A stretch of DNA of 64,000 nt. It comes from Paraspadella gotoi (Eukaryota; Animalia; Chaetognatha). The position numbers and the translations under genes are program-made. Where the stretch lies: assembly GCA_051294375.1 (NCBI GenBank), contig CM119265.1, forward strand, positions 4,801,815 to 4,865,814, read 5' to 3'. The notes beneath the pieces were generated by a model. That model searched no databases, was not told the DNA's origin, and saw nothing but the letters and a program-made list of their open reading frames with translations. Below are positions 1-13,230 of the stretch, piece by piece. Numbering within the stretch: position 1 is the first letter of the stretch; every line of letters starts with the position of its first letter.

Positions 1-370
1 AATTGCAATATGTACGTTCATTTTAAATTAATACCGGGTTCTATATACATCACATCCGATTCCGGTTCTAACGTGGCCTCTTCCGGCCGAACGGCTCCAT
101 TTCCGGCTCGTAACGTCCGCTTCGCCGTCGCGCGCGGCCACTTCGTTCCGCTTCAATTGAGCGTCGACGATGGACGTTAGATGGATGACGCGAACCGACG
201 TCTTTTGTTCGAAATTCGATTTTGGGAACTTCGCTTGCGTCGTCGTAGATGAGGTCGAAGATTGGGGGGGAGTGGCTGATATGGTGTGTTAGAGTGAAGG
301 AATAAGTTAAGAACAAAGGTTATGGGTTAAGAGTAGAACAAAGTGGCGCAAAATTACTTCATGCTCGTGA

Positions 371-389
371 CAAGACATTCATCAACAGC

Positions 390-440
<51 letters not shown>

Positions 441-1775
441 CTTCCATGTCTCTTGTCTCTCCTCTTTTTATTCCTTTTATGCCTTTCTGATTCCTTCTCC
501 CTCGCCTCCGGGGAAATTACGCCGATGCTACTCTCTCCTAACTGAATAAAAATCAACTCCCCACCATTTTTTTCCATTTTCTCCACTTTCACTCTCTCGC
601 TCTCTCGCTCTCTCGCTTTTTCTTATTCCATCGTGGTCTCTCTAGCTCTCAGTCCCTTCTCTCTCTCTTTTTCTCTCGGTGTCTGTCATTTGTTCTTCTC
701 ACCCGTCGCCTTTGTCAATTTCTCTCTATCTCTCTCTATCTCTCCCCCCTCTCTCTCTCTCTCTGGATCACCACAACCCACACCCTCCACAACTTTCACC
801 ACTCCTCCCTCATTTTTCCAACGAGAAGCCTCGTCTAACAAAAGCCGGGCTCGGCTCAGCTGTTGTCGTTGTTGTCTATTTTTTTTTTTTTTTTCAATTG
901 AAACCTTTTTTTTTTCTCGATATTCCTATTCTAACGGGTTTCAACCGCCTAGCGCACGCCAATCTAAATCCTCCCCATAGCCACACGCGCCTACCCGGCC
1001 CGGTGGCGTGAATTGCATTTCAAAATCGGTATTACGAGAGAATTAGCGCCGTGTTTGCGGTTGTGGCGTGGCTGAGCGGGAAAAAAAAGTACGGGGCGAG
1101 AGAGCGTGGATGGTGGAAGGCCGATTGGCGGGTAAGGGTCGCGAGGTAAGGTTCATGTTTTGAATTTATGGCAGCAAATGAGTCGTGAGAGATTGGGCGA
1201 GTCTGCCCGGTGAGATTATTTTTTTTTAATTGCAATAAGAATACAAGTCTCAGAATTTAGAAAATGTCAGTGCGAAGGATTAATAAGAGGCGTCGGCGAG
1301 CTTTTGTTCAATAAAATATAAATATTGAATTAACTATGAAAATGAGAGGCCAAGATTAACTTCTCTCTCACTCTCAGCTCCCCCCCCTCGATATTTCTCT
1401 CGCCAGAGAAGAGAATAATAAGAGAGAAAGAGAAAAAAAATATTTTTTCTANNNNNNNNNNNNNNNNNNNNNNNNNNNNNNNNNNNNNNNNNNNNNNNNN
1501 NNNNNNNNNNNNNNNNNNNNNNNNNNNNNNNNNNNNNNNNNNNNNNNNNNNNNNNNNNNNNNNNNNNNNNNNNNNNNNNNNNNNNNNNNNNNNNNNNNNN
1601 NNNNNNNNNNNNNNNNNNNNNNNNNNNNNNNNNNNNNAGGGGGAGTTTGGAGAAAGATGGGAAGCGATCAAACTCAAAGACTAAAACCGGATTCCATAAT
1701 TTACAACCATCATTAGAAGATCCATTTAAATTTTCCGCAAAATCTAAGGGGCAATTCGCTTAATTCGCTCTCTTC
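371..1775 (+). repeat. Direct copy of ~9569-10890 (block A), interrupted by N-gap 1452-1637
   Basis: caagacattca...cagcgctcttctctc starts at both 371 and 9569. The copies are colinear through ...atctaaggggcaattcgcttaattcgctct, mostly with 1-nt indels. Confidence 0.95.
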
Positions 1776-2683
1776 ATTTTGATCATTTTTTTTTCGGGGA
1801 GGGGAACAGTTTGGGGGGCGAGGGGGGGGGGACAAGGGGTCCGGTTTCCTCCTCTCTCCTCAATTTCTGTCGGAGATGGAAGAAGAGAAAAATTTGGATT
1901 CCAGGGAGTCGATACTCCGTGGGAGGGAAATTCATAGGCCGGGGTTGATTGGATTCGACATGGAAAGCGAAGAGAAGAGAGAGAGAGAGAAAGAGAGAAG
2001 GAGAGAGAGAAGAGAAGAGGAGAGAGAATGAGAAGAAGGTACAGAGAGGACGAGATGATGAGAATAAGGAGAGACGAATTAAGAGCGAATTGCCCCCTTA
2101 GATTTGCGGAAAATTTAAAATGGATCTCTAATGAATGGTTGTAAATTATATGAATCAGGGTTTTAGGTCTTTGATGGTTTTGATCGCTTCCCATCTTACT
2201 CCAAACTCCCCCTGAAATTCATTCCTACCCCCCGCACCCCCTGGCCCCGAATAAAATCCTGGAATCCTTGTCCCCCTCAAAAAAAAAAAAAAAACTCATT
2301 CATTTCATTCAGCTCGAATTGATTTCTTTCTTCGTTCGTGGTTTTTTTTTAATTAGGAAAAAAATATTTTTTTTTTCATCTTTCTCCCTTTCCATCCCTT
2401 CTTATTAGATATTCTCTTCCTTTTTCTTCTCCTGCGAGAGAAATATCCGGAGGGAGCTTCTGAGAGTGAGAGAGGGAAGTTACTGGCCTCTCATTTTCAT
2501 AGTTAATGTCAATATTATAATTTTATTGAAACAAAAGCCGCCCGACGGCGCTCTTATTAATCCTCAGCACATCATGACATTTTCTAAATTCTGGAGACTT
2601 GTAATCTTTATTTCAATTAAAAAAAAAATTAAATTCCATCTTACACCTGGGCAGACTTCGCCATCTCTCTCAACGACTGTCAT
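1776..2683 (-). repeat. Inverted, insertion-rich copy of ~10380-11160 (its distal part also mirrors ~1180-1770)
   Basis: For example, ~2080 aagagcgaattgcccccttagatttgcggaaaatttaaaatggatc is the reverse complement of ~1720-1765 and ~10840-10880, with extra bases. Confidence 0.92.
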
Positions 2684-2708
2684 NNNNNNNNNNNNNNNNN
2701 NNNNNNNN

Positions 2709-3199
2709 TGAGAAAATATGAGCAATTCTGTTTACTGCAAACGGTCGTCTTCGGTCGACGAGAAGAATGCTCTCATCCTAAAACTTTTGAACGGGATGAC
2801 GCAATGACAAAGACGAAGAAAGGCCTCCGTGAGATATGGGATTATGGATATCTTCACCCTATTTGTTAACCAGGGATCTGATTAGTTGTTAGTCTGTTGG
2901 ACCTGCTCGACATCAGTGACCTGGTGTTTGCCGATTTGCTGAGGCTTGTCTTTACATCACGTAACCAGTTTCTCACCAACCGGGTGAATGTATCACGGGA
3001 TTTGCAGGAGAAAATGTTCATTAACCTCCATGCGTCCATCCTATCGTCACGTCGAAATTACTCTCACCAACGAGCCCAAGTCCCCTAAGAAGTTTTTGTT
3101 TTCTGTCGCCCGCCAATTGCGCCGCGAAGTTGCTCTTAGTCAAAGATTATTGGACAAGTCACATCCTAATTGAACCTTTCTTTTCTCTTCTCTCTCCCT

Positions 3200-3238
<39 letters not shown>

Positions 3239-4246
3239 TCTTCTCTCTCTCCTTTCGTTAGTGGATTTAAATCTCCCTAATTAGGAGCGAGAATAACAAC
3301 TTTTGTCAGAAATCAGTAAAAAAATGGAATTAGCGGTTTGCTTCATTAAATCTCTCTCCTAGAGTTTTAAAAAATTTTTTTTAAAATTTTTTAAAAAATT
3401 AACATTTTTTGTTTCTCAAAGAAACTCATTGTTTCATTGTTTTATCATGATACAAGTGCGTATTTAATAAGTCTCGGAAAAATTTTTATTTTAATAAAAT
3501 AAAATTATTTTTCTTCAAATCGACTGAGAATAAAAAAAAAACGCGAGGAAAATGAAGTCATAATGAAATTATCTCAAGAGTTGTCTGGTTTTCGCTCAAA
3601 CATGCTTCCTCTCCCTTCCGACCTCAAAAGAAAGGGGGAAAAAATTCAATTTTTACCAGTTCGGCCAAAAATTTTTTTTCGTGAGGGGGAAGAGAAGAGA
3701 TGGAGAGAGAGAGAGAGAGAGAGAAGAGAGAAGAGAGAGAGAGAGAGGAGAGAGAAGAGAGAGAGAGAGAGGAGAGAAAATTTTTTTCTACTACCCCCCC
3801 TTTCAACTTAAACGAATTTTCATACAGGGGATAACGAGCCTCCAGCCTAAAAAAAAGAGACGAAAAAGATCGTTGCATAAGTTAAAGAGGAAAGAAGGCA
3901 GCAAGGGTTTTTCTGCATTCGCGCCTTGCCGCGATCAACAATATGTCAAATTCGTTCAGAGCAAACGTTGCCCATTCCCAGCAGAAACACGAACAAAGCG
4001 GCACGAAACGAGAAGGCAAGACACGACGACGACGACAAAGAAGAAGAGCAATAAAATCTCCGCTCGTTGTGTATTGAATAAAAAATTTTAATTATCTTTG
4101 GAATTATGGGTAGGCCCATCGATCTTGGAAAAAATGTCTTTGTATACGAGATACTCCTTCGATCGAGCGCTCGATGGGAAGTTTAAAGCACTACTGTAAT
4201 CGATTAATATCAATGTACATATTATACAATAATTTGCAATCGAAAC
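2709..4246 (-). repeat. Inverted copy of ~11328-12716; its first ~1 kb is also a direct copy of ~8370-9350
   Basis: gagaaaat(at)gagcaatt(ct)gtttactgcaaacggtcgtcttcg occurs at ~2710 and ~8371. ctacccccccttcaacttaaacgaattttcatacagggg at ~3790 is the reverse complement of ~5690-5730 and ~11705-11745. Confidence 0.93.
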
Positions 4247-4975
4247 CTCCTGCATTGAACGAAGTGTCTCGCTCTCTTTCTCTTTCTGGTATGGTCATAA
4301 AATAACCGATCGAGATCTCTGTCGCCCAGTCCTGGCGCCGACTGCGCTCCGAAAATGGCGGACCCCTGCGGTCACATTTCGTTCGAGTCGTCGGAGCCGT
4401 AAGAATTGGGAGAACGTAATTGACGCCTTGTTCAGTCGGTAGCATCAAGGGAAAGACTTCCCATTATATGCTTTACTCACGTATGGCCGATTTTTTTTAT
4501 CTGCTTCGTCGCTTCGTTTTTTCCATCCCGCTCTTGTTTTTTTCGTGGGGACAGTTTGGCCGAGGGCGTCGGTCGTCGTTCGTCGTTCGTTTTCGAACCC
4601 ATTTTTTTTTTTCTTGGTTGTGGGTGTGAGACAGGTCGGGCCTCGTGGTTTTTCTCTCACATTTTGCTGTCTCGCAGGTGCATGGAAGAGATAAAAGGTG
4701 ATTGCTTCCAAGAGAGGGCAGTGATATCCGTTGGGAGGGATTAGCTTACTGTCGCGCTTTTACTTTGGGTCTTCGTCCGCCCAAAAAGTCTCCCGACCAG
4801 TCAATGAAAGTGATGCCGACAAGAGATTGATTGGGGAATTGCGACGTAGTGGGAAGCGGAAGATAAGAAGAGATGAGAGAGAGGAGAGAGAGAGTGAGAG
4901 GGAACAGAGATATAGGAACGAGAAAAAGAAGGAAGAGAGAATAGAAGAAGGTAAGAATGGAGAATACTGAAATAA

Positions 4976-5737
4976 GGCGACGAGAAAAAAATGCAAGTGA
5001 TTCATGGAATCTCTTGATGCCGACTGACGGGCGTCAATTTTGCCAACGGTCGAACCACGAAATGCCAGATTTCTTCGACCATGCGCCCGACTGGAAGAAT
5101 TTTTATGAAATTGGTACAACCAATATAAAAATTATCCATACATTTAATAAATAAGCTATCTTGCCCCTGACATTGGACAGGCTTTGGTGGTTTAAGGCCT
5201 CCATCCCTCTTACAAGATAATGACATAGCAGGTCCCTGCAAGCTTTCAATCAAGACTCTCTCACAGTCTCGTTTATTCACTCCCAGAGTATAAAACCAGA
5301 AAAAAAACAACTTGTTATTAGGTTCGATTGAAATTATTGTATAATTATTCATGATATAATGATACAATGCTTAAAAACTTCCATCGAGCGCTCGCTCGAA
5401 GGGAGTATCTCGTGAGTACAAAGACATTTTTTCCAGATCGAGGCCTCCCATAATTCAAAGATATCAATTTTTTAATAAACACAACGAGCGGAGATTTTAT
5501 TGCTTTTCTCTTGTCGTCGTCGTCGTTGCCCTTCTCCGGTTGCGTGTTGTTGCTGGGATGAAATCGTTTGTTGACGGAATTTGCATATTGTTGATCCGGA
5601 GGCGCGATGCAGAAACCCTTGCTGCCTTCTTTCTCTTTTACTTATGCAACGATTTTTTTCTCTCTTTTTTTAGGCTGGAGGCGTTATCCCCTGTATGAAA
5701 ATTCGTTTAAGTTGAAAGGGGGGGTAGTAGAAAAATT
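4976..5737 (+). repeat. Direct copy of ~11160-11755 carrying an extra ~180 bp
   Basis: ggcgacgagaaaaaaatgcaagtgattcatggaatctcttgatgccgactgacgggcgtca occurs at 4976 and 11160. The copy ends at a 25-N gap. Confidence 0.93.
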
Positions 5738-5777
5738 NNNNNNNNNNNNNNNNNNNNNNNNNAAAAAAGAGAGAGAT

Positions 5778-6435
5778 AGTCCAATTAACGACCGGACAGT
5801 TTTACGGTTTTACGGCCAAAACGGTTCTTCAGTAATTTCGGACAAGGAAGAGAGACCAAGGAGAAAGAGAGAGAGAGAGAGAGTTTTCACCAATCAGCAG
5901 CCCGAGTGAATGAGAGACAAGACAGACAGAGAAGAAGAGAGAGACAGAGAGGGATGGGCGCGTCTGCCCGTAAAATTCTGGTTATTCCGCGCTCGTGTTA
6001 GTTTGTAATTTTACACTGTAAAACAGTAATGGCGATACGACGAGGCGGGAACTTTAATCGTCGCCCATGCGTCGCGTGGGGGAGCAGTTTGTTTTGATCG
6101 TTAAAGAAGAACGTTGGGTACCCGTTTTAAACGAGATCCGTTATTAAAGAGATGTTCAATTAAAAAAAAAAGAAAGTATTGAATATTTCGGTCATTGGCA
6201 TTGATCGGAAATTGAGAGAAATGATAAAATGCAATCGACCCTTAAGGTTACAGTGATAATTTTACTTTCATTTTTTAAAAAATACCGCCAGAATTTTATT
6301 GTTATCGCATAGAAATCTTGGTACACGCCATTCCCTTTAGCAAACGAGTACAAAACTTTGAAACAGTGTTCCAAAGAATTACAAACTGTTGTCGAGTCAG
6401 CCGGGGGGTTTATGGATAATTTATAACCGGGGTGC

Positions 6436-6517
<82 letters not shown>

Positions 6518-7810
6518 AGAGAGTATCATCGTAAAAACAAATGCCCAAGCGAAAGCGTCGAACCAAGAGTTTTGTAACCTCCGGAACTGTAACTGCCGAG
6601 CGAGTTATAGACCCAATATTTATGCTTTTATATTATCTTCTATGTTTCCTTTGAATTGAACGAGAGTAAAAAATTCATATTTATTGAATCCGCCAGCAAA
6701 TATCATAACAACACAAAAAATAGTTCTTTGTTCTTCTTTATTACTCACAGTAATTTCTCTAATCTAACCCACGGATCGCTTCGTTTCACATTCCTAAACG
6801 AATTATCATGTCTACAAAAGGTAATGTTTCCTCTCACACGTGGAACGAAATGGGTAAGTTAATATCTCCAGTGAGTCTCTCGCGTAACTAGGTGATATAC
6901 GGAAGGAATATTCTCATGTCATTCCATCCACCGTCCCCATCTTCAAACTCTAAACACCACATCTCACCTTCTATATCAGAAATGTCCCGCTTTCTTTTAA
7001 GGTGAAAAAAAAATTTGAAAAGGGGGGGGGGAAAGTTTCCTTATAATGGTTACTGGGTCGAAATTACAGATTAAAGGAAGACTCCGTGGGTTTATGCCAC
7101 GTCGGGGACGCGGCGACATACGCTTACGTAGGCCTGATTGCTTACTGCAGTATAGGCGGGAATGCTATCGCGGCATTAAACTAGGCGGAACGACGTGGAG
7201 CGGAGCAGCCAAGATACATCCAATTATTCAACGATTGCACGAAAGACAGCAAAATCGTATTGGGAAAAAAATGCGTCGGTGGTGAAAATTGTTAATCGAG
7301 TTGCAGAAAAAAAAGTAAGGCCTTGATGGTTTCATTGTGTAGAAATTGAAAGTTTTGAATGAATGACGGGTCTCCACCTCTCAAGGCAGCGGATGGCAGG
7401 GTAGGGTTTTCAGGGTGAGTTGATAATGAGTACAAATTAAAAAAACAAAAAAGCAAAATTCCGAATATTAAAAAAGACAATAAAATTTAAAAGTCGCAAA
7501 CTCGGCGCTAAACCCTCAATCAAGAATGAAGGAAAAATCGTTTTTTTTTAACAGGAAGTGGCTGGTGACGTAGAACGACTGGACGCCTTCGCCCAAAATT
7601 TCCGTCTCGTTCGTCTTCGTCGTCTTGGCCGTCTTCGCCGTCTTGCCGCCCACCAGTTTCGAATTCGACCCCCGTTCCATTTTCTCTCTTTATTTTTGCT
7701 TTTCCTCGGCGAAATATAGTACTCTCGTAAGTGGCCCCCTCTTTGATTGTCTTCGCTCTCCTCCTTTTCTTCGAAATGCCCTTATTTTACGCTCATGGCT
7801 GACTGGCTGG

Positions 7811-7848
<38 letters not shown>

Positions 7849-9346
7849 TTTCTTTCTTTCTTATCTTTCTTTTTTCTTTCTTTCTTTCTTTCTTTTTTCC
7901 TTTTCCCCTTTTTCTTTTTTTTCCTTTTTTCTTTTTTATCTTATCTTGATCTTATCTTTCTTCTTTCTCTGAGAGGCAAGAAGACAATAAAAAAGCTCTA
8001 TCGTCAAAACCGAATTGGACGCATTTCTTACCTACAGAACCGTAACGACAGTAGCGTTAACTAGTCACGTTACGCCGTATCGACTCTGCTTAGCCCTAAC
8101 CAATCGGAACGTTCCCAATTTCAGAGAGAGTATTGAAGTGGGGGAGAAAGATTCAGTGCAAAGGGAGAAGAAGAGAAGAAGGCAAGAAAAAGGAAAGCAG
8201 TGACCACTTTCGCAACGAAAGAGTCGCGCTTGTCGAGCAAAGAGGCGGTTAATGTAAAGGAGGATAATTAGGAAAAGAGATCGTTGTAAAAAGTGTCGGA
8301 AGATTGACTGGGCTAAAGGACATTTTTCAATGGTGAGCTTTACAAACGAAGGCTCATGGAAAAGGGGGGAGAGAAAATGAGCAATTGTTTACTGCAAACG
8401 GTCGTCTTCGTTCGACGAGAAGGATGCTCTCATGACAATCCTTTTGAACGGGATGACGCAATGAACAAAGACGAAGAAAGGCCCCGTGAGATATGGGATT
8501 AGTGGATATTCTTAACCGCTATTTTTAACCAGGAACTCTGTTGTTTTTCTGTTGGACGCCTGCTCGACTCAGTCCTGGTGAGTTTGGCCGATTGCTGAGG
8601 CTTGTCTTCTCTCACGTAACAGTTTCTCACCAGGACCGTGATATGTATCACGGGATTTAGCAGGAAGAAAATGTTCATTAACTCCATGCTCCATCGTCTA
8701 TCGTCACGTCGAAAATTACTCTCACCAACGAGCCCAAGTCCCTCAAGAAGTTTTTTTTGTTTCTGTCGCGCCGCAATTGCGGCGAATGTGCTCTTAGTCA
8801 AGAGTTATTGGACAAGTACATCTAATTGAACCTTTCTTTCCTTCTCTCTCTCCTCCCTCTCTCTCTCTCTCTCTCTCTCCTCTCTCTCGTCTCTCGTACT
8901 TCCTCTTCTTTCGGAGTTGGATTTAATCTCCTAATTAGAGGGAGAATAACAACTTTTAGTCAGAAATCGTAAAAAAAATGGAATTAGCGGTTTAGCTTCA
9001 TTAAATCTCTCCCAGAGTATTTAAAAAATTTTTTTTAAATTTCAAAAAATTAACATTTTTTGTTTCTCAAAGAGAACTCAATTGTTCATTGTTTTATCAA
9101 TGAATCAAGTGCGTTATTTAATAAGTCTCGAAAATTTATTTTTTTTAAATAAAATAAAATATTTTTCTTCAAATCGACTGAGAATTAAAAAAAACGCGAG
9201 AGAAATGAAGTCATAAATGAAATTTATCTCAAGGTTGTCTGGTTTTCGCTCAAACATGCTTCCATCTCGCCCGACCTCAAAGAAAGGGGAAAAATTCATT
9301 TTTTACCAGTTCGGCCCAGAAAATTTTTTTTTCGTGAGGGAAAAGA

Positions 9347-9350
<4 letters not shown>
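5778..9350 (+). repeat. Left arm of a ~3.4-3.6 kb inverted repeat (partner ~11830-15186)
   Basis: agtccaattaacgaccggacagttttacgg (5778) pairs with ccgtaaaactgtcggtcgtaatggact (ends 15186). Similarity was checked at several points across the arms, including (AG)n 6441-6511 vs (CT)n ~14514-14558. Confidence 0.95.
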
Positions 9351-9392
<42 letters not shown>

Positions 9393-9439
9393 AGAAGAGA
9401 GAGAGGAGAGAGAGAGAGGAAGAGAGAGAGAGAGAGAAA

Positions 9440-9550
9440 TTAAAAAAATTTTCCGAGACTTTATTAAATAACGCACTTGTATTCATTGATAAAACAATGA
9501 CAATGAGTTTCTTTGAGAAACAAAAATGTTAATTTTTTGAAAAAAAAAAA
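9440..9550 (-). repeat. Short fold-back copy of ~9030-9145, near-identical to ~12020-12128
   Basis: ttttccgagactttattaaataacgcacttgtattcattgataaaacaatgacaatgagtttctttgagaaacaaaaatgttaattttttga is present at ~9450 and ~12028. Confidence 0.9.
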
Positions 9551-9592
9551 AAAGAAAAAGAGAGAGATCAAGACATTCACAACAGCGCTCTT

Positions 9593-9625
<33 letters not shown>

Positions 9626-10916
9626 TCTCTCTTCCTTCCCTTCCATGTCTTTTGTCTCTCCTCTTTTTATTCCTTTTATGCTTTCTGATTCCTCTCCCTC
9701 GCCTCCGGGAATACGCCGATGCTACTCTCTCCTAACTGAATAAAAATCAACTCCCCACCATTTTTTTCCATTTTCTCCCACTTTCACTCTCTTCGCTCCT
9801 GCATCCGCTCTCTCGCTTTTTTCTTATCCATCGTGGTCTCTCTAGCTCTCCATCCTTCTCTTCTCTTTTTCTCATCGGTGTCTGTCATTTGTTCTTCTCA
9901 CCCGTCGACCTTTGTCAATTTCTCTCTATCTCTCTCTATCTCTCCCCTCTCTCTCTCTCTCTGGATCACCACAACCCACACCCTCCACAACTTTCACCTC
10001 TCCTCCTCATTTCCAACCAGAGAAGCCTCGTCTAAACAAAAGCCGGGCTCGGCTCAGCTGTTGTCGTTGTTGTCTATTCTTTTTTTTTTTTTTAAATTGA
10101 AAGCTTTTTTTTTTCTCGATATTTCCTATTCTAACGGGTTTCAACCGCCTAGCGCACGCCAATCTAAATCCTCCCATAGCCACACGCGCCATACCCGGCC
10201 CGGTGGCGTGAATTGCAGTTTCAAAATCGGTATTACGAGAGAATTAGCGCCGTGTTTGCGGTTGTGGGCGGTGCTGAGCGGGAAAAAAAAGTACGGGGCG
10301 AGAGAGCGTGGATGGTGGAAGCCGATTGGCGGGTAGGGTCGCGAGGAGTAAGGTTCATGTTTTGAATTTAGCACAAATGATCCTGAAGTTCGAGTCTCTG
10401 AAGTATTTTTTAATTGCAATGAAGATACAAGTCTCAGAATTTAGAAAATGTCAGTGCGAAGGATTAATAAGAGGCGTCGGCGAGCTTTTGTTCAATAAAA
10501 TATAAATATTGAATTAACTATGAGAAATGAGAGGCCAAGATATAACTTCTCTCTCACTCTCAGCTCCCCCCTCGATATTTCTCTCGCCAGAGAAGGAGAA
10601 TAATAAGAGAGAAAGAGAAAAAAAATATTTTTTTCTAATTAAAACGAACGAGAAATCAATTTCGAGCTGATGAATGAATGAGTTTTTTTTTTTTTTTGAG
10701 GGGGAAGATTCAGGATTTTATTCGGGCCAGGGGGGGGCGGGGGGAGGAATATTCAGGGGGAGTTTGGAGAAAAGATGGGAAGCGATCAAAACTCAAAGAC
10801 TAAAACCGGATTCCATAATTTACAACCATCATTAGAAGATCCATTTAAATTTTCCGCAAAATCTAAGGGGCAATTCGCTTAATTCGCTCTTCTTCTTCTC
10901 TCTCTCTCTCTCTCTG

Positions 10917-10953
<37 letters not shown>

Positions 10954-11792
10954 TCTCTCTCTCTCTCTCTCTCTCTCTCGCTTTCCATGTCGAATCCAAT
11001 CAACCCGGGATGAATTTCCCTCCCACGGATATCGACTCCCTGGAATCGAAGTTTTTCTCTCTTCCATCTCGACAGAAATTGAGAGAAAACCGGGACCCTT
11101 GGTCCCCCCCCCCTCGCCCCCCCAAACTGTCCCTCCCCGAAAAAAAAAGAGATGAAAATGGCGACGAGAAAAAAATGCAAGTGATTCATGGAATCTCTTG
11201 ATGCCGACTGACGGGCGTCATTTTGCCAACGGTCCGAACCACGAAATGCCAAGATTTTCTTCGACAATGCGCCCGATGGAAGAATTTTTATTTTTATAAT
11301 ACCAAAAAAAAAAACTCTGTTAATCATGTTTCGATTGAAATTAATTGTATAACTATTACATGATATAATGATACAATTGTTAAAAACTTCCAATCGACGC
11401 GCTCGATTCGAAGGGTACAAAAGACATTTTTTTCCAGATCGAGGCCTCCCATAATTCAAAGATATCAATTTTTTTAATAACACAAACGAGCGGAGATTTT
11501 ATTGCTTTTCTTGTCTCGTGTCGTCGTCGTGCCTGTCTCGTTCGCCCTTCTCCGTTGCGGTGGTTGTTGCTGGGATGAAATCGTTTGTTGACGGAATTTG
11601 CATATTGTTGATCCGGAGGCGCGATGCAGAAACCCTTGCTGCCTTCTTTCTCTTTTAACTTATGCAACGATTTTTTCTCTCTTTTTTAGGCTGGAGGCGT
11701 TATCCCCTGTATGAAAATTCGTTTAAGTTGAAAGGGGGGGTAGTAAGAAAAATATTTCTCTCTCTCCTCTCTCTCTCTCTCTCTCCTCTCTC

Positions 11793-11829
<37 letters not shown>

Positions 11830-11832
<3 letters not shown>

Positions 11833-12241
11833 ACGAAAAAAAAAATGTTTGGCCGAACTGGTAAAATTGAATTTTTTCCCCTTTCTTTGAGGTCGGAGGG
11901 AGAGGAAGCATGTTTGAGCGAAACCAGACAACCTATGAGATAAATTTCATTATGACTTCATTCCTCGCGTTTTTTTTTTTTATTCTCAGTCGATTTGAAA
12001 GAAAATATTTTATTTTAAAAAAAAAAATTTTCCGAGACTTTATTAAATAACGCACTTGTATTCATTGATAAAACAATGACAATGAGTTTCTTTGAGAAAC
12101 AAAAATGTTAATTTTTTGAAAAAAAAAACTTTTTTTAAAACTCTGGAGAGATTTAATGAAGCAAACCGCTAATTTCCCTTTTTACGATTTCCTGACAAAA
12201 AGTTGTTATTCTCCTAATTAGGGTTAATCCAAACTACGAAA

Positions 12242-12324
<83 letters not shown>

Positions 12325-13142
12325 AAGGGGTTCAATTAGATGGACTTGGTCCAATAATCTTGACTAAGAGCAATTCGCCGCAATGCGGGCGCACAGACTT
12401 CTTGAGACTTGGGCCGTTTGGTGAGAGTAATTTTCGAGCGTGAACGATGGACGATGGAGTTAATGACATTTCCTGCTAATCCGTGATACTTCCCGTGAGA
12501 AACTGGTTAGTGAGAAAGACAAGCCTCAGCAATCGGCACACTGAGTCGAGCAGTCCACAGAAAACTAACACAAGAGTCCTGGTTAAAATGGGTAATATCC
12601 ACTATCCATATCTCAGCGGGGCCTTTCTTCGTCTTTGTCATTGCGTCATCCGTTCAAAGTGATGGAGCATTCTCGTCGACGAAGACGTTTGCAGTAAACA
12701 ATTGGCCATTTTCCTCCCCCCTTTCCATGAGCCTCGTTTGTAAGCTCCACCATTGAAAAATGTTCCTTAGCCCAGTCAATCTCCGACACTTTTTACAAAC
12801 GAACTTTTCCCTATTATCCTCCTTTACTTTAACCGCCTCTTTCTCGACAAGCGGACTCTTTCGTTGCGAAAAGTGGTCACTGCTTCCTTTTTCTTGCCTT
12901 CTTCTCTTCTTCTCTCTTTGCCACAGAATCTTTCTCCCCCACTTCAATACTCTCTCGAAAATGGGAACGTCCGATTGGTTAGGGCTAAGCAAGTCGATAC
13001 GCGGTAACGTGACGTTAACGCTACTGTCGTTACGGTTCTGTAGGTAAGAAATGGTTCCAAGTCGGTTTTGACGAAGAGCTTTTTCTTTGTCTTCTTGCCT
13101 CTAAGAGAAAGAAAAGAAAGAAAGAAAGAAAAGAAAAGGAAA

Positions 13143-13187
<45 letters not shown>

Positions 13188-13189
13188 AG

Positions 13190-13230
<41 letters not shown>

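Noticed and set aside
371-10890. Direct repeats 371-1775 and 9569-10890 as LTRs
   Set aside because: No TG...CA termini, PBS/PPT or gag-pol between them. The interior is made of other duplicated blocks.
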